The notes under the pieces were generated by a model that was given only the letters and a program-made list of their open reading frames with translations, searched no databases and had not been told where the DNA came from. From Styela clava (lineage: Eukaryota), in assembly GCF_964204865.1 (NCBI RefSeq), contig NC_135260.1, forward strand, positions 5,642,001 to 5,706,000: DNA of 64,000 nucleotides, read 5' to 3'. Positions 12,314 through 25,886 of the stretch are shown here, one piece after another. Position numbers and translations under genes: made by a program. The stretch's first letter is position 1. Each line of letters begins with the position of its first letter.

Positions 12314-14617
12314 AAGCTTTGACATATCTTTTTCACAGTCACGAAACTATGCCACAGAAATCTTGTAACATGAATTTTGGCAAAAACATGAACTAAACTT
12401 TGATCAGCACTTCGGAACAATTTATAAATTGTTTGCAACTGTGATATATTCTTTAACAACGTTTAACATATTAAATTATACTAATATACAATTGACTCTA
12501 ATTAATACTTTCCATGAACTTTTCCATGCAGTGCCTTATCTGGGAAAAATTCCAGCCCAAGCAGCCACTCAGCATATTCCATTAATATAGATGGTCTGTG
12601 AGTGAGTGTGCAAGAATAAATAACCAATGGACAAACCAAGATCTTTGCATAAGTGTCTAGATTAGTGGTTTTCAAACCTATAAGTACTGTCGCCCATTTG
12701 TTTGTGTCGGAGCTAAACACCCTTATGGTTCTACTTCCTTATTAATAAACAGGTATTTGGTATAACTTGCAACAAAATATATCAAATTTCTTTTTGCAAA
12801 AATTCATTTTGGTTTTCAATAATTTTGACTATTTAAAAAGAAGCATTACCCCCAAATTCTCCCTCCAATGTGACTCCTTCACCCCCAAGAGGACGCTACT
12901 GGTTTCTTATTATAACAAAATCCAGTTTACACAACTGGTGATTGACAAATGTCAGTATTTTTACATGCTTCTTAATCGCAATGAATTTGAAATGCTTCTA
13001 AAATAAGTATTCTTGCCTGTTTTCATATTTATTTTTCACTTCTCTTATGATTTTTCAACTTCCACTTCTGAGAATTATGTTGTTTCAAAGATTCTGTGAA
13101 ATGAATGAAATAAATTATACATATGTTAAATAAATATTTGCAGTTTTTCTTAACAAAAGTCTTCTTCTGGTTTGTGAATTAGATTTATTCAATATAAGAA
13201 GCAGGTCATAGTATAAACACTTTTCACTCCAATCAAGGCTCCAGACAAGCAGTTACTGGAAAAATGAAGAATACAACTTAAATACACAACTTTATACACA
13301 CCGTTAGCATCGTTCATTCATTAGAACACTATATTTAATTTGTTAACTCAACTCAAGTTACAAACTATATCACTCTATCCAAAGCTGTAAAAAAAACAGC
13401 CAGTGAGACATATAAGACTGCTGAAATCATAAACAGCATAATCTTTGCAGTTCAGCAAACATACATTAACCAACTGAGTTAGTTTAGGAGTGAATTGTTA
13501 AGTAGAACAAAATGAGAGCAAAATGAAAACCGAAATCTATTGGGACAAAACTAATCTAACAGGTATTAAGCTGTCCAACATATATTGAATATTGTATTAA
13601 AAATTGTATTCTTCTATTCTTAAATAATTCAATATAGATTGTGAAGCAAGGAAATGTTCCCTGAAGTCTGAATTATGATAGGAGAGAGATGAAGTCTGAA
13701 TTATAATAGGAGAGAGATAAGCAACATTTATAAATCTGAATCCTATATATGTTCACTGTAGTGAAAAAAAACTGACTGAAGTATATAAAAATATGAATGA
13801 GGGGAAGCACTACCCACTTCTCTCAATAAAAAGGAAAATAGATGTGAATCATGATTGAGTAAATCTACAATTTATGGTGACTGTGGATATAGCCCCACCC
13901 TAAAAACTACACCCATTAATAAAAATTTACCTAATAAATAATTATAGACAGAAGATGGCTAGATATCTGAAGATGACATACTTCCTGATTGTCGATTGAC
14001 ATTCTGACAATTTCTTCACCTATGAGTGATAATTCAACTTCCTATAAACCAGAATGAATGATGATCGTAGTACGTAATACAATAAATATTTATAATCAGC
14101 AGTATTCAGTGAGCATTGCTAATAATTTTAGTAGAGGGGAACTAGTTTGAATTAATTTTCTAGGATTTATAAGTTTAGACATTATTAGTAGACTGAAATA
14201 AAAGAACAACAATTTACAAGAATATTTCTGTAATGTTTCATCTGACCAAAGACAGACTTCCTCATACAAAGAGTTTACAACAATCAGGAATCTTGGAAAG
14301 TATAGTTATGTTCATTTCTTCTACAGCATCCTTGCATTATTCGCATACGAATCGACAAGCATAGAGGGCATAAAAGACCGATGGGAATTAGTCTTGCGTA
14401 ACCTAGCACACCATTTACAAGATGTCGCAATAATACAGAAATGACATTTTCAAGTTTCCTTTGATTAAAAATCTTCCACAAACGGTTTTCAGCAATGTGG
14501 CTAAGAATGAAATATCACTTTACAGTATCTTTGACATCTCAAAAGGTTTATTTCAAAATGGCCTACGAAAGCATTTTCTCATTTCAGAACACGACCCAGT
14601 CCTATAGTGGAGTAATC

Positions 14618-14823
14618 GGTACTCCCGTAGTATATGTACCAGGGTTAGGCCATGATTTTCTTCCGATTTTCCTTATTTCAGTTTTACCACAAGTTCGGGG
14701 ACTGTCTGTGTTGGCCAATTGAATATACCACATCATAGGTTTCAATCAATTCATACAACTTGATGTAAAGTAGGAGAACAAAATTAATTACCTCCATATT
14801 GGTATATACAATTCTGGAGTGAC
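14618..14823. mobile_element. Merlin-like MITE upstream of copy 3
   Basis: Same element and insertion site. Confidence 0.7.
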
Positions 14824-15252
14824 GAGTTATCTATAGATATATCAATGAGTAAGTATATTAGCAATTCCAAATAATGTCCATCAAGCACTTGCAATCTTAC
14901 ACTTTTATACAAATGACAAACAAAAATGCCAAGACAATGCATGACACAAGTAGATCATCGCTATGTTGTAATGATATTTCGCCCACATCCTAATTATAAT
15001 AATAAATATAAGGCAGCAATCATTACAAAAAAGAAACCAGAGGGAAGGAAGTGTTTCATAGTCACTGATTCCTATTAACAAGGAGAAATTCTGAATATAA
15101 ATCAGAAGCTTGTTACATCAAGCGTTGAGACAGGTCTTGTATTTTATCAGTTGGATTTTGTCTTTAGCTATGTTAGTACTGTGTAATGATTTGAGTGATT
15201 GAAGAAACAAAGCAAAAAGAAGTTCAAAGAAGTTGCTGAAGATAAACTCAAC

Positions 15253-16756
15253 ATGAGGAAACATTCAAAACTCTTCAATAGCAAATGGTTGTTTATGCAG
15301 ATAGTTGGTGAGATCCCACTTACATAAATAGTTCCAAATCAAGAAATAAATGTACATTTGTTACCCAAAAACATAGTAGCCTGATGAATTCTCATCCAAA
15401 GTCATTCATGAAATAATAATTTTAATATTAGATTTTCATTAATATAAGATTTCTAAATTGTTTAAAAAGAAGAGTAATGGAGTTTTATACAATATAATTC
15501 TCAACCATGTATTAGATTGAGAAAATATCAATTCTATACATATAAACGTGTTTTGGGCTTCATGAGACTGATGAAAATTGGATAGATTTCGCAATGTTGT
15601 AATTGTAAAAACTTATTTCTTTATAGCACTAAGCATCAGTCTGAATGAAGCGGCATCCTGCACTGATTGTTCAAATCCAATACTTGGAACAACCACTTCT
15701 AAACCAAGTAAATCTTAAACAGCATAAAAAATTCAGTTTAAAAGTAAAACATCCAATCCTGAAATAAACTTTCCTTTCAAATTACAGCAGCAACAAATGG
15801 ATGGGAAACAACAACAAAATATCCAGAAGAAATTTCGACAACACTCAAAGCTGAACAGACTACAAAGCTGAACGGTCTACAAACGGAAATTTCGACAACA
15901 CTGAAAGCTGAACCAAATACAAAAGACAAAAGTAATGAAATTTTATTTGTCAAAACAATAGCAATTATCCAATACACAATCATAATAAAAACTAAACTTC
16001 ATGAATTTCAGTTAGTGAAGCTGAGCAGCAAACAACACTATCTGATTCAGACAGAACTGAATCTCATTCAACAACTGATTTGGACAAAAACATCACAGTT
16101 ACCACGGAAACCAATGGAAGTTCTGATTTATTGACAATTGCAATTCCATTGTCAGGAATAGTTGCTTTTATCTTGGGAGCTTTGTCAATCTTTGTCATAC
16201 GAAGGTAACAAGTAAAACAACACATAGTAGCAATAATTTCTCCACAATACTTTCACTTTGAATATCGTTTTGAAAATTCGGCGCAATTTCAAGGTTTCGT
16301 TTGAATGTGGTTGAACAATATGCTAATAAATATTTTTATTAATATTTTGAACCCAGGTATTGCAACAAAAACAAGAAACCGAAAAAGAAAGATTCAATGG
16401 AAATTGGAAGCATCCAACATCAGCAGCCAACTGTCCATGAACGAACAACATATGAAAACTACACACCAACATCAGATGAAAGTGGATATGAAGTTCCGAA
16501 TCAAGTTGATAACAAGAATGAACAAAGTGGATATGAAGTTCCGATTCCAGTTGATAACAAGAATGAACAAAGTGGATATGAAGTTCCGAATCCAGTTGAT
16601 AACAAGAATGAACAAAGTGGATATGAAGTTCCGATTCCAGTTGATAACAAGAATGAACAAAGTGGATATGAAGTTCCGATTCCAGTTGATAACAAGAATG
16701 AACAACAATATGAGGTTGTGAGAAGCGGAGCAGAATACCAATATGAAAATGCGTGA
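15253..16756 (+). CDS. Copy 3: receptor with in-frame deletion of the CUB-like domain, 5 tail repeats (~290 aa)
   Basis: Exons 15253-15307, 15627-15707 (start of exon 2 fused to end of exon 3, 81 nt), 15788-15931, 16012-16204, 16357-16756. Frame is open throughout. Confidence 0.82.
16481..16705 (+). repeat. Coding 45-bp tandem repeat x5 (SGYEVPxxVDNKNEQ)
   Basis: Unit agtggatatgaagttccga(a/t)tc(a/c)agttgataacaagaatgaacaa repeated five times. Confidence 0.95.
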
Positions 16757-19412
16757 ATGAGTGAAATAAATTCATCCAAACCTTTTGAATTGAAAAACTC
16801 GTGTTTTTTAGAAAAAAACACAAGTTATGGATTTCTCTCATGAAGAACTAAAATATTTATTTGTATTGAAGTCCAATTCATTTTGACTTCTGACTGAAGC
16901 AATGACAAATTGTGGAAGATTTTATAATTTGTGTTGTATTTTTTTTAATCAGGTCATTGTTTTATCAGAATTCTTCACATAATATATGAAGGATAGGGTT
17001 TTGAACTAAATATGAGTAGTAAGTATATTAATATATTTGAGTGTCCATAAAAAGCAATGATCTGAGAGGGATTGTCTGTACCCCTTCTTGTCATATTTTC
17101 GCTTGTCATTAGATGAAAGTGTGCTCATAATGAATAAAAATGAACGATTATGTTTCTGAATATCTTGAAAAATTTGATCACTATTTAGCTCTTTAAGCTT
17201 CGCTGAACTAATAATGGGTTATAAAGTCATGCTAACAATTGAGTTAAAAAGCTAACATTGAGACATCAAAAATTATGAGCAAAAGTCGTAACTACTGAAT
17301 TTAGGAAACTATGATAGTTCCACTCTGTACAGGTTTCACTTTCAACAACAATTTTTTGGCTAAAACATTTCAGTACGCACTTCAGCGTTTGAAATGAACT
17401 TTCTCCTACATGTCCTAGCTGTATTCCTAATAGCGATGTGCTCAATTATTTCAAGTCATTATCTACTAGAAACACTGTCCCTTAGAATGTCATTTGACAC
17501 TTACAAAAAATAGTCTTTTTAGTAAACAGTTCAGTTTTTTTAAGTCTTTCAAACTTCTAGAGCTTGAGACCATTCTTTGATTAAATTTTGGAGAAATATT
17601 CATTGCCTACTATAATTATTTCTACACCCATGCATTAATAATCTTGTGTGTTGACTTCTGATAGAAGTAAAAAAAAAAAAAAAAGAATTTCATATCATGG
17701 CAAAGAGAAAAACAAATAATACATGCTTAAATTGGTGAAATTGATAATTTTTCAAGTGAAACTATCCCAACAATATAATTTTCAACCATGTATGAGATTG
17801 AGAAAATATCAATTCTATACATATAAACATGTTTTTGGCTTTATAAGACTGATAAAATATGGATAACTTTTTTTGTTAATTCAAATACAGTAGACAAAAT
17901 ATAATTATTTTCGAATCGATTTGAATACCGGTAATTGATTTTGGACATTCCAGGGAACCTACCACTTTCAAACTAATATTTGCGACTGTTTCTGCATGTC
18001 TTTTTAAAATATCTTAGTGTTTTGTTTTGTTCAAACCATAATCAGTTTGCTATTGTTTAAATATAACATAAATAAATTTATTGTAAAATATTGAGTGCTG
18101 AACATTATTAAACAATATTTAATGGGAGTCACGACAAAAAGTATCACGTCACCAGAAAATGCTGTGATTACCTAATCGCCCACAATCTCGCAGTTTTAAA
18201 GCAGTTAGTAGTATGGGATAGGTTTAAAACTGAACTTCAAATGAAATTTAAAAATGACTGAAAAAGTTTAGTTGCAGCAGATAAGATGCAAAAATCCATT
18301 GACAGTAACCAGTAATGCTAACCAGTTTACTGATCTCATAAAATTCTGTAAGACGGTTTTATAGAACCGGTGCGAACCGGCTGAATTCCACCACTGAGCA
18401 TATCGAACTAATATAGAAACCCACTGAGTGAGTGTGCATGAGTAGGGACAAATGGACCAATAAATTTGGTCCGACCCGAAATAAAAGATACATGAATTCA
18501 TTGCTTAATCAAGCTACATTACTATAATTTAAACTAATAAACTGATATGCGAAAAATAATTGTTAATATTACCAATAGCAACTCTGCAATGTAAGAATAT
18601 CTGAATATGGCATACTTCCTGACTGTCGGTCGACATTCTGACACTTTTTTTCACCCATAAGTGATAAATCAACTTCCTATAAACCAGAATCAAACATGGT
18701 GATAGTACATTATACAATTAATATCTATAATCAGCAGTATTTGATGAAACAATCATCAGTGAGCATTGCTAATAATTTTAGTTTCTATCATTAGTCATAG
18801 AGGGAAACTCGTTTGAATTAATTATCCAGAATTTATAAGTTAGACATTATTAGTAGACTGAAATAAATAACAACAATTTACAAGATATGCAACTCAAGAG
18901 TCCTGGTACACACTAAGACAGATATAATTCAGATATAACGTTTCATCTGACCAAAATCAGACTTCCTCTTGTCATCATGCGGTTTAAATGTGGCGATAAA
19001 TAAATTTGTTTAAAAATAGTTGTGACCCAAATAATGAGTTAATTATTTATATTTAGAAACAGATTGTGACGAAAAAAATACAATCAGACTCTTGAATTGT
19101 ATAGTATGGTATTTTTATTCCTGCTACAGCATCCTTGCATTATCTGCATACGATTCCACTAGCGCAAGGGCATTGAGAAAGGATTGGGAGTTAGTCTAAC
19201 GCAACCTGTACTTATAATTTACAAGATGTTCCAATAATACGCAAATGACAATTTCAAGTTTCGTTTGGCTTTATTTTCCAGCAATGTGGTTGACAAGGGA
19301 ATCTCACTTAAACCTTACAGTAGGTTTGACATCTCAAATGCTTTCTTTCAAAATGGCCTACGAGAGTATTTTCACATTTCAGAACAGGACCCAGTCCTGT
19401 AGTTTAGTAATC

Positions 19413-19620
19413 AGTACTCCCGTAGTATATGTACAAGGGGAGGGCCATAATTTTATTCCAATTTTCCCTATTTTAGTTCTATTACGAGCTCGGGACTGTC
19501 TGTGTTAGCCAAGTGAATATACCTCCTGCCCATACGTTTCAGTCACTTTACACAACTTGGTGTAAAGTAGGCGAACAAAATTAGTTACCTCCATATTGCT
19601 ACATATACTACTGGAGAGCC
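19413..19620. mobile_element. Merlin-like MITE upstream of copy 4
   Basis: Same element and insertion site. Confidence 0.7.
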
Positions 19621-20112
19621 GAGTAATCAATAGATATATCAATGAGTAAGTATTTTAGCAATTCCAAATCATTCCCATCATCCACTAGAAACTAACCTGT
19701 TTAAGGACTGTTTGACCTATGAATCAAATGTTCTAAATTGTAACAAAGAAAATCTTACACTTCTATACAAATGTCAAACATTACAAAATGCCAAGATAAT
19801 ACATGACACAAGTAGATCATCGCTATGCTGTAATGGTATTTCACCCACATCATTAATTAAAAAAATAAATATAAGTCAGTAATCATCAGCCTATGTAGTA
19901 GAAACTAGAGAGAGGTGTTTCATATTCACTGATTCACATTAACAATGAGAGATTCTAAATTAAAATCAGATGGTTGTTACATTAAGTGTTGAAACAGTTC
20001 TTGTATTTTATCATTTGGATTTTGTCTCTATGTCAGTATTGTGTAATGAATTAAGTGATTGAAAAAACAAAGCAAAGAAAAGTTCAAAGAAGTTGCTGAA
20101 GATAAACTAAAC

Positions 20113-22863
20113 ATGTGGAAACATTCAAAACTCTTCATTTGCAAATGGTTGTTAATCCAGATAATTGGTGAGATCTTACTTAGATAAATAGTTCCAAATC
20201 AAAAAATAAATGTACATTTGTTACCGAAAAAACATAGTAGCCTGATGAATTCTCATCCAAAGTCATTCATGAAATAATAATTTTAATATTAGGTTTTCAT
20301 TAATATAAGATTTCTAAATTGTTTAAAAATGGAGTAAAGGAGTTTTATACAATATAATTTTCAACCATGTAATGAGATTGAGAAAATAACAATTTTATAC
20401 ATATAAACATGTTTTTGGCTTTACAAGACTGTTAAAATATGGATGGATTTCTCAATGTTGTAATTGTAAAAACTTATTTCTTTATAGCACTAAGCATCAG
20501 TCTGAATGAAGCGGCACCCTGCACTGATTGTTCAAATACAATACTTGGAACAGAAAGTAAGAATATCACATATGGACCAAGTAATGAATACAACTGCAAC
20601 TGTGATTGGACGATACCAACAAGAATGGACACAGATCATGGAACTGCAGTTGTTCTGGTGTTACAAAAAAATTCAATGCTAATGACAACTGGTAGTGGAA
20701 TTACAGACTGCTCTGGGGAAATCAGATTCCCAAGTAAGCTATATTATACTATTCTAGCTATATTATACTATTACTATACTAATATACGACAACCGTACAG
20801 CAACAATTATTAATAAAAAAACATTAGTAAATACAAAATTGTATCAATACTTTTACAGGTACTGTTTCTCATAAATGCGACTTTCCAAGAAACTACTGTC
20901 TTGCATTTGCAACTGCATCAACCGTTTGCAACATCAACAAAATCAGAGAGAAAATTCCAGTTGCAAATCACACCTGTGATTCAATCATTTCATGGAATGA
21001 AGCTGGAGGAAGCCCATATAAGATACGATATTATGCAAGAAATTATGCTGGTTACTCAAAATACTTCACAATACAATATCTTGTAATAAATTGCAGACCA
21101 ACAACCACACCTGCACTGAGTGAGTAATTTTTTATTTATGCAATGCCTAATCATGTCTTATGCTCAAGTAATCACAGATATACCAATCTATAAAGAACCA
21201 TATTTATCACACCCGGGAGAGGTGGTGGGATGGGGGGAACCTGAGATGTGTATCCTACAACTGGAGTGGGCAAGGTTTTGGACTAGAGGCCAGAAAGTTT
21301 GCCCACCTAGAATGACGGGCCATGTAAGTATAACGTGAAAAGTTACATTTTATGAACGATACCCAGTGTTACAAAAGTAAAAGTGGAAAACAATAAGCCT
21401 CGTGCCAAAACTAAATTAATCGCAATCTCAACAAATTCCTCGAGCTATTTTTAGCTAAAATATAAAAATTAAGTTTTAGTTTGGTTATGGCAGCATCAGG
21501 CGGGCCAAATTGAACTACCAAACGTTCCGATTATGGCCCGCAGGCTATAGTTTGCCCATGTCAGTCCTACAATGTCAACACAGTTTAAGTGTAACATTTT
21601 AACCACTAGGGCCAGGCGACCACGCCCATATTGCTCTTGTTGAACGATATATCTCAATTTCAGGATGTGAGAATCAAACTTTTATTACAAAATTTTAGCC
21701 ACGATAACTGAGCAAGCAACAACAATAGCAACTCATCCAAAAGATACATCATCTTATGAAACATTCTCAACCACTGAATCAACCAGAACCGCTGACAACA
21801 TTCAATGTCCCATTGAAGACTGTGAATGCACCAGCACCCAAGTATCAGAGGAGAATACAGTACCAAACTATTCTCAAACATCACTGATCATTGCTATTCC
21901 AGTGTCAGGAATTGTGGGTTTGATCATTGGAGTTTTGTTGACACTCATAATACCAAAGTAAGCATTGATGGTATAAATTAGATGAATATCATTTATGTTA
22001 CTCAAGTATGCTTGAATACAAGATATCAACAAAGGATTCAACCCAGTACTGTTAAGTCAGTGATAATCTCCATCTTCTGATTGCAAGATTACCAAAATTC
22101 TAACCCAGTCTCAAGCTGCTAATCATGAGTCTACAAGATTTTGACCTCAACTCTCAACTCCACAAATAATAAAAATGACTGACTCTATCTTCTGATGCCT
22201 ATGTTCTATTGAATCAAGTTGATTTTACCAATCTAATTCAAAGTTTAGAGAAAAAAACATAGTACTGTATCCAGATACTGCTGGATGACAATATTTTAAC
22301 TTTGATCATTGTGGAAGTTGCAAGCCTCATTAGTTTCAATTAGAAACGCTAATGACTATAGAATCTTAATAATTTATAATTTTAATTATAACTATTGAAA
22401 CTTGAACAACTAACTCCAGCCATAGTGCATGATTGCCAACAGGTAAATTCATGTTGATAATAAATGGAACACAACCAGTGTTAGCAGCCATGTTTCCAAT
22501 AGAAGCCTCAAATATCAAATTCACATTTTTGTGTGGGACCCAGTGAGGTAATGAAGCAAATGTCAAAATTAAAAGTGATTAGTCTCAGTGACTCTATCTA
22601 TGAATTATTCATCAACTTAGATTATATTTCTATCCAACACCAGGTACCGCAACAACAACAACAAGAAACCAAAGAACAAAGATTCAATAGAGATTGGAAG
22701 CATTCAACAACAGCAGCCAACTGTACATGAACGAATAACATATGAAAACTACGCACTAACATCAGATGAAAGTGCATATGAAGTTCCGATTCCAGTTGAT
22801 AACAAGAATGAACAACAATATGAGGTTATAATAACTGGAAAGGAATATCAATATGACAATTGA
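20113..22863 (+). CDS. Copy 4: CUB-like membrane receptor, full length (~346 aa)
   Basis: Exons 20113-20167, 20488-20733, 20859-21119, 21699-21957, 22644-22863, open frame. One tail unit (SAYEVP). Confidence 0.88.
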
Positions 22864-25251
22864 AAGCTTGGACATATCTTTTTTGAAAGTCACAAACTAT
22901 GCCACAGAAATTTTGTTACATAAATTTGGGCAAAAACATGAACTAAACTTTGATCAGCTCTCCGGAGCAATTTAGAAGTTGTTTGCATCTGTGATCTATA
23001 TTCTTCAACAACGTTTAACATAATAAATTATATCAATTTACAATTATCTATATTTAATACATTCGATTCGAAGAACTTTTCATGCAGTGCCTTATCTGGG
23101 AAAAGTTCTAGCCCAAGCAGCCGCTCAGCATATTCTACTATTATAGATGATCTGTGAGTGAGTGTGCATGAGTAGATAACTAATGGACCAATCAAGATCT
23201 TTGCATAAGTGTCTGGATCAGTTGTTTCAAACCTATAATTACTGTCGCCCCCTTACAGCACTCTACACATCACATCGCCCCCGGCAAATGAAGAAGAAGA
23301 AGAAATGATAACACAAACCCAATTAAAAAATAATATTACAGTATGGTGTTTGTGAGACAAACGAGCTCGAGATCTTCAGCAAATTTATTTTATGTCCAGA
23401 GATTATTTGGTCAGGTACAATCTTAGATCACCCATTTCTTTATGTCAAAGCTTAAAACCTTCCCGGTTCTACTTCCACGTAAATGAGCAGGTATTTGCTA
23501 GATGACTTGCGCCAAAATATATCAAATTCCTTCTTGCAAAAATTCATTTCGGTTTGCGATAATTTTGACTATTTCCCGAAAGCATTACCCCCAATGTAAC
23601 CTCCAAAGGAATGCTACTGGCTTCTTATTATAACAAAATCCAGTTTACACAACTGGTGACCAACAATTGTCAGTATTTTTACATGCTTCTTAATCGCAAT
23701 GAATTTGAAATGCTTCTAAAATAAGTTTTCTTGCCTGTTTTCTGATTTCGTTTTTGTTTCAAATGTCAAATAAATATATTTACAGTTCATATTCACAGAA
23801 GTCTTCTTCTGGTTTGTAAATTAGATTTGTTCAATATAAGAAGCAGGTCATAGTATAAACACTTTTCACTCCAATCAAGGCTTCAGATAAACAGTCAGTA
23901 AAAATACAACTTAAATACACAACTATATACACACAATCGGCATCATTTAATCATTAAATCACAATATAATAATTTGTTAACACAACTCATGTTACAATTA
24001 CAAACTATATCTCTCTAGCCAAAACTGTAGAAAAACAGCCAGTGAGACATATAAGACTGCTGAAATCATAAAGAGCATAATCATTGCAGTTCAGCAAACT
24101 CTAAACAATACATAACCAATTGGGATAAGTTTAGGAATGAATTGTTAAGTAGAACAAAATGAGAGAAAAGTGGAAACCAAAAACTATGAGGACAAAACTA
24201 ATCTAACAGGTATTAAGCTGTCCAACATATATTGAATATTGTATTAAAAATTGTATTCTTCTATTCTTAAATAATTCAATATAGGTTGTGAAGCAAAGCA
24301 ATGTTCCCTGAAGTCTGAATTATAATAGGAGAGAGATAAGCAACATTTATGAATCTGATTCTTATATATGTTCAATGTAATGAAGAAAACCTGACTGAAG
24401 TATATAAATACATGAATGAGGGGAACCACTACCCACTTCCCTCAATAAAAAGGAAAATAAATGTGACCCATGAGTGAGGTAATCTACCATTTATGGTGAC
24501 TGTGGATATAGCCTCACCCCAAAAACAACACCCATTAATAAAAATTTACCTAATTAATAATTATAGACAGAAGATGGCTGGATATCTTAATATGGCATAC
24601 TTCCTGATTGTCGGTTGACATTCTGACAATTTCTTCACCTATGAGTGATAATTCAACTTCCTATAAACCAGAATGAATGATGATCGTAGTACGTAATACA
24701 ATAAATATCTATAATCAGCAGTATTTGATGAAACAATCATCAGTGAGCATTGCTAATAATTTTAGCAGAGCGAAACTAGTTTGAATTAAATTTTTAGGAT
24801 TTATAAGTTTAGACATTGTTAGTAGAATGAAATAAAAGGACAACAATTTACAAGAATATTTCTGTAACGTTTCATCTGACCAAAGACAGACTTCCTCATA
24901 CAAAGAGTTTACAACAATCAGGAATCTTGGAAAGTATAGTTATGTTCATTTCTTCTACAGCATCCTTGCATTATTCGCATACGAATCGACAAGCATAGAG
25001 GGCATAAAAGACCGATGGGAATTAGTCTTGCGTAACCTAGCACACCATTTACAAGATGTCGCAATAATACAGAAATGACATTTTCAAGTTTCCTTTGATT
25101 AAAAATCTTCCACAAACGGTTTTCAGCAATGTGGCTAAGAATGAAATATCACTTTACAGTATCTTTGACATCTCAAAAGGTTTATTTCAAAATGGCCTAC
25201 GAAAGCATTTTCTCATTTCAGAACACGACCCAGTCCTATAGTGGAGTAATC

Positions 25252-25457
25252 GGTACTCCCGTAGTATATGTACCAGGGTTAGGCCATGATTTTCTTCCGA
25301 TTTTCCTTATTTCAGTTTTACCACAAGTTCGGGGACTGTCTGTGTTGGCCAATTGAATATACCACATCATAGGTTTCAATCAATTCATACAACTTGATGT
25401 AAAGTAGGAGAACAAAATTAATTACCTCCATATTGGTATATACAATTCTGGAGTGAC
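25252..25457. mobile_element. Merlin-like MITE upstream of copy 5
   Basis: Same element and insertion site. Confidence 0.7.
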
Positions 25458-25886
25458 GAGTTATCTATAGATATATCAATGAGTAAGTATATTAGCAATT
25501 CCAAATAATGTCCATCAAGCACTTGCAATCTTACACTTTTATACAAATGACAAACAAAAATGCCAAGACAATGCATGACACAAGTAGATCATCGCTATGT
25601 TGTAATGATATTTCGCCCACATCCTAATTATAATAATAAATATAAGGCAGCAATCATTACAAAAAAGAAACCAGAGGGAAGGAAGTGTTTCATAGTCACT
25701 GATTCCTATTAACAAGGAGAAATTCTGAATATAAATCAGAAGCTTGTTACATCAAGCGTTGAGACAGGTCTTGTATTTTATCAGTTGGATTTTGTCTTTA
25801 GCTATGTTAGTACTGTGTAATGATTTGAGTGATTGAAGAAACAAAGCAAAAAGAAGTTCAAAGAAGTTGCTGAAGATAAACTCAAC

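Larger units (their letters stand above)
14221..18075 (+). repeat. Recent segmental duplication, near-identical to ~24855-28575
   Basis: ORFs 14284/24918 and 14495/25129 have identical translations. Apart from scattered substitutions, the main difference is three 45-bp repeat units. Confidence 0.9.

Noticed and set aside
14495-14722. Recurrent short intergenic ORFs (14495, 19245, 25129, 30247; 922, 18268, 28593; 10795, 21120, 62748)
   Set aside because: They recur because the DNA is duplicated. Several run through MITEs, and frames and stops are not conserved between copies.
16481-16705. 45-bp repeats as a CRISPR array
   Set aside because: The units are contiguous with no unique spacers, they are coding, the context is eukaryotic and there are no cas genes.
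16305-16841. Long ORFs in other frames and on the minus strand over the tail exons (also 26939-27340 and 53500-53843)
   Set aside because: Shadows of the stop-free 45-bp repeat. Only the SGYEVP frame joins the upstream exons in phase.
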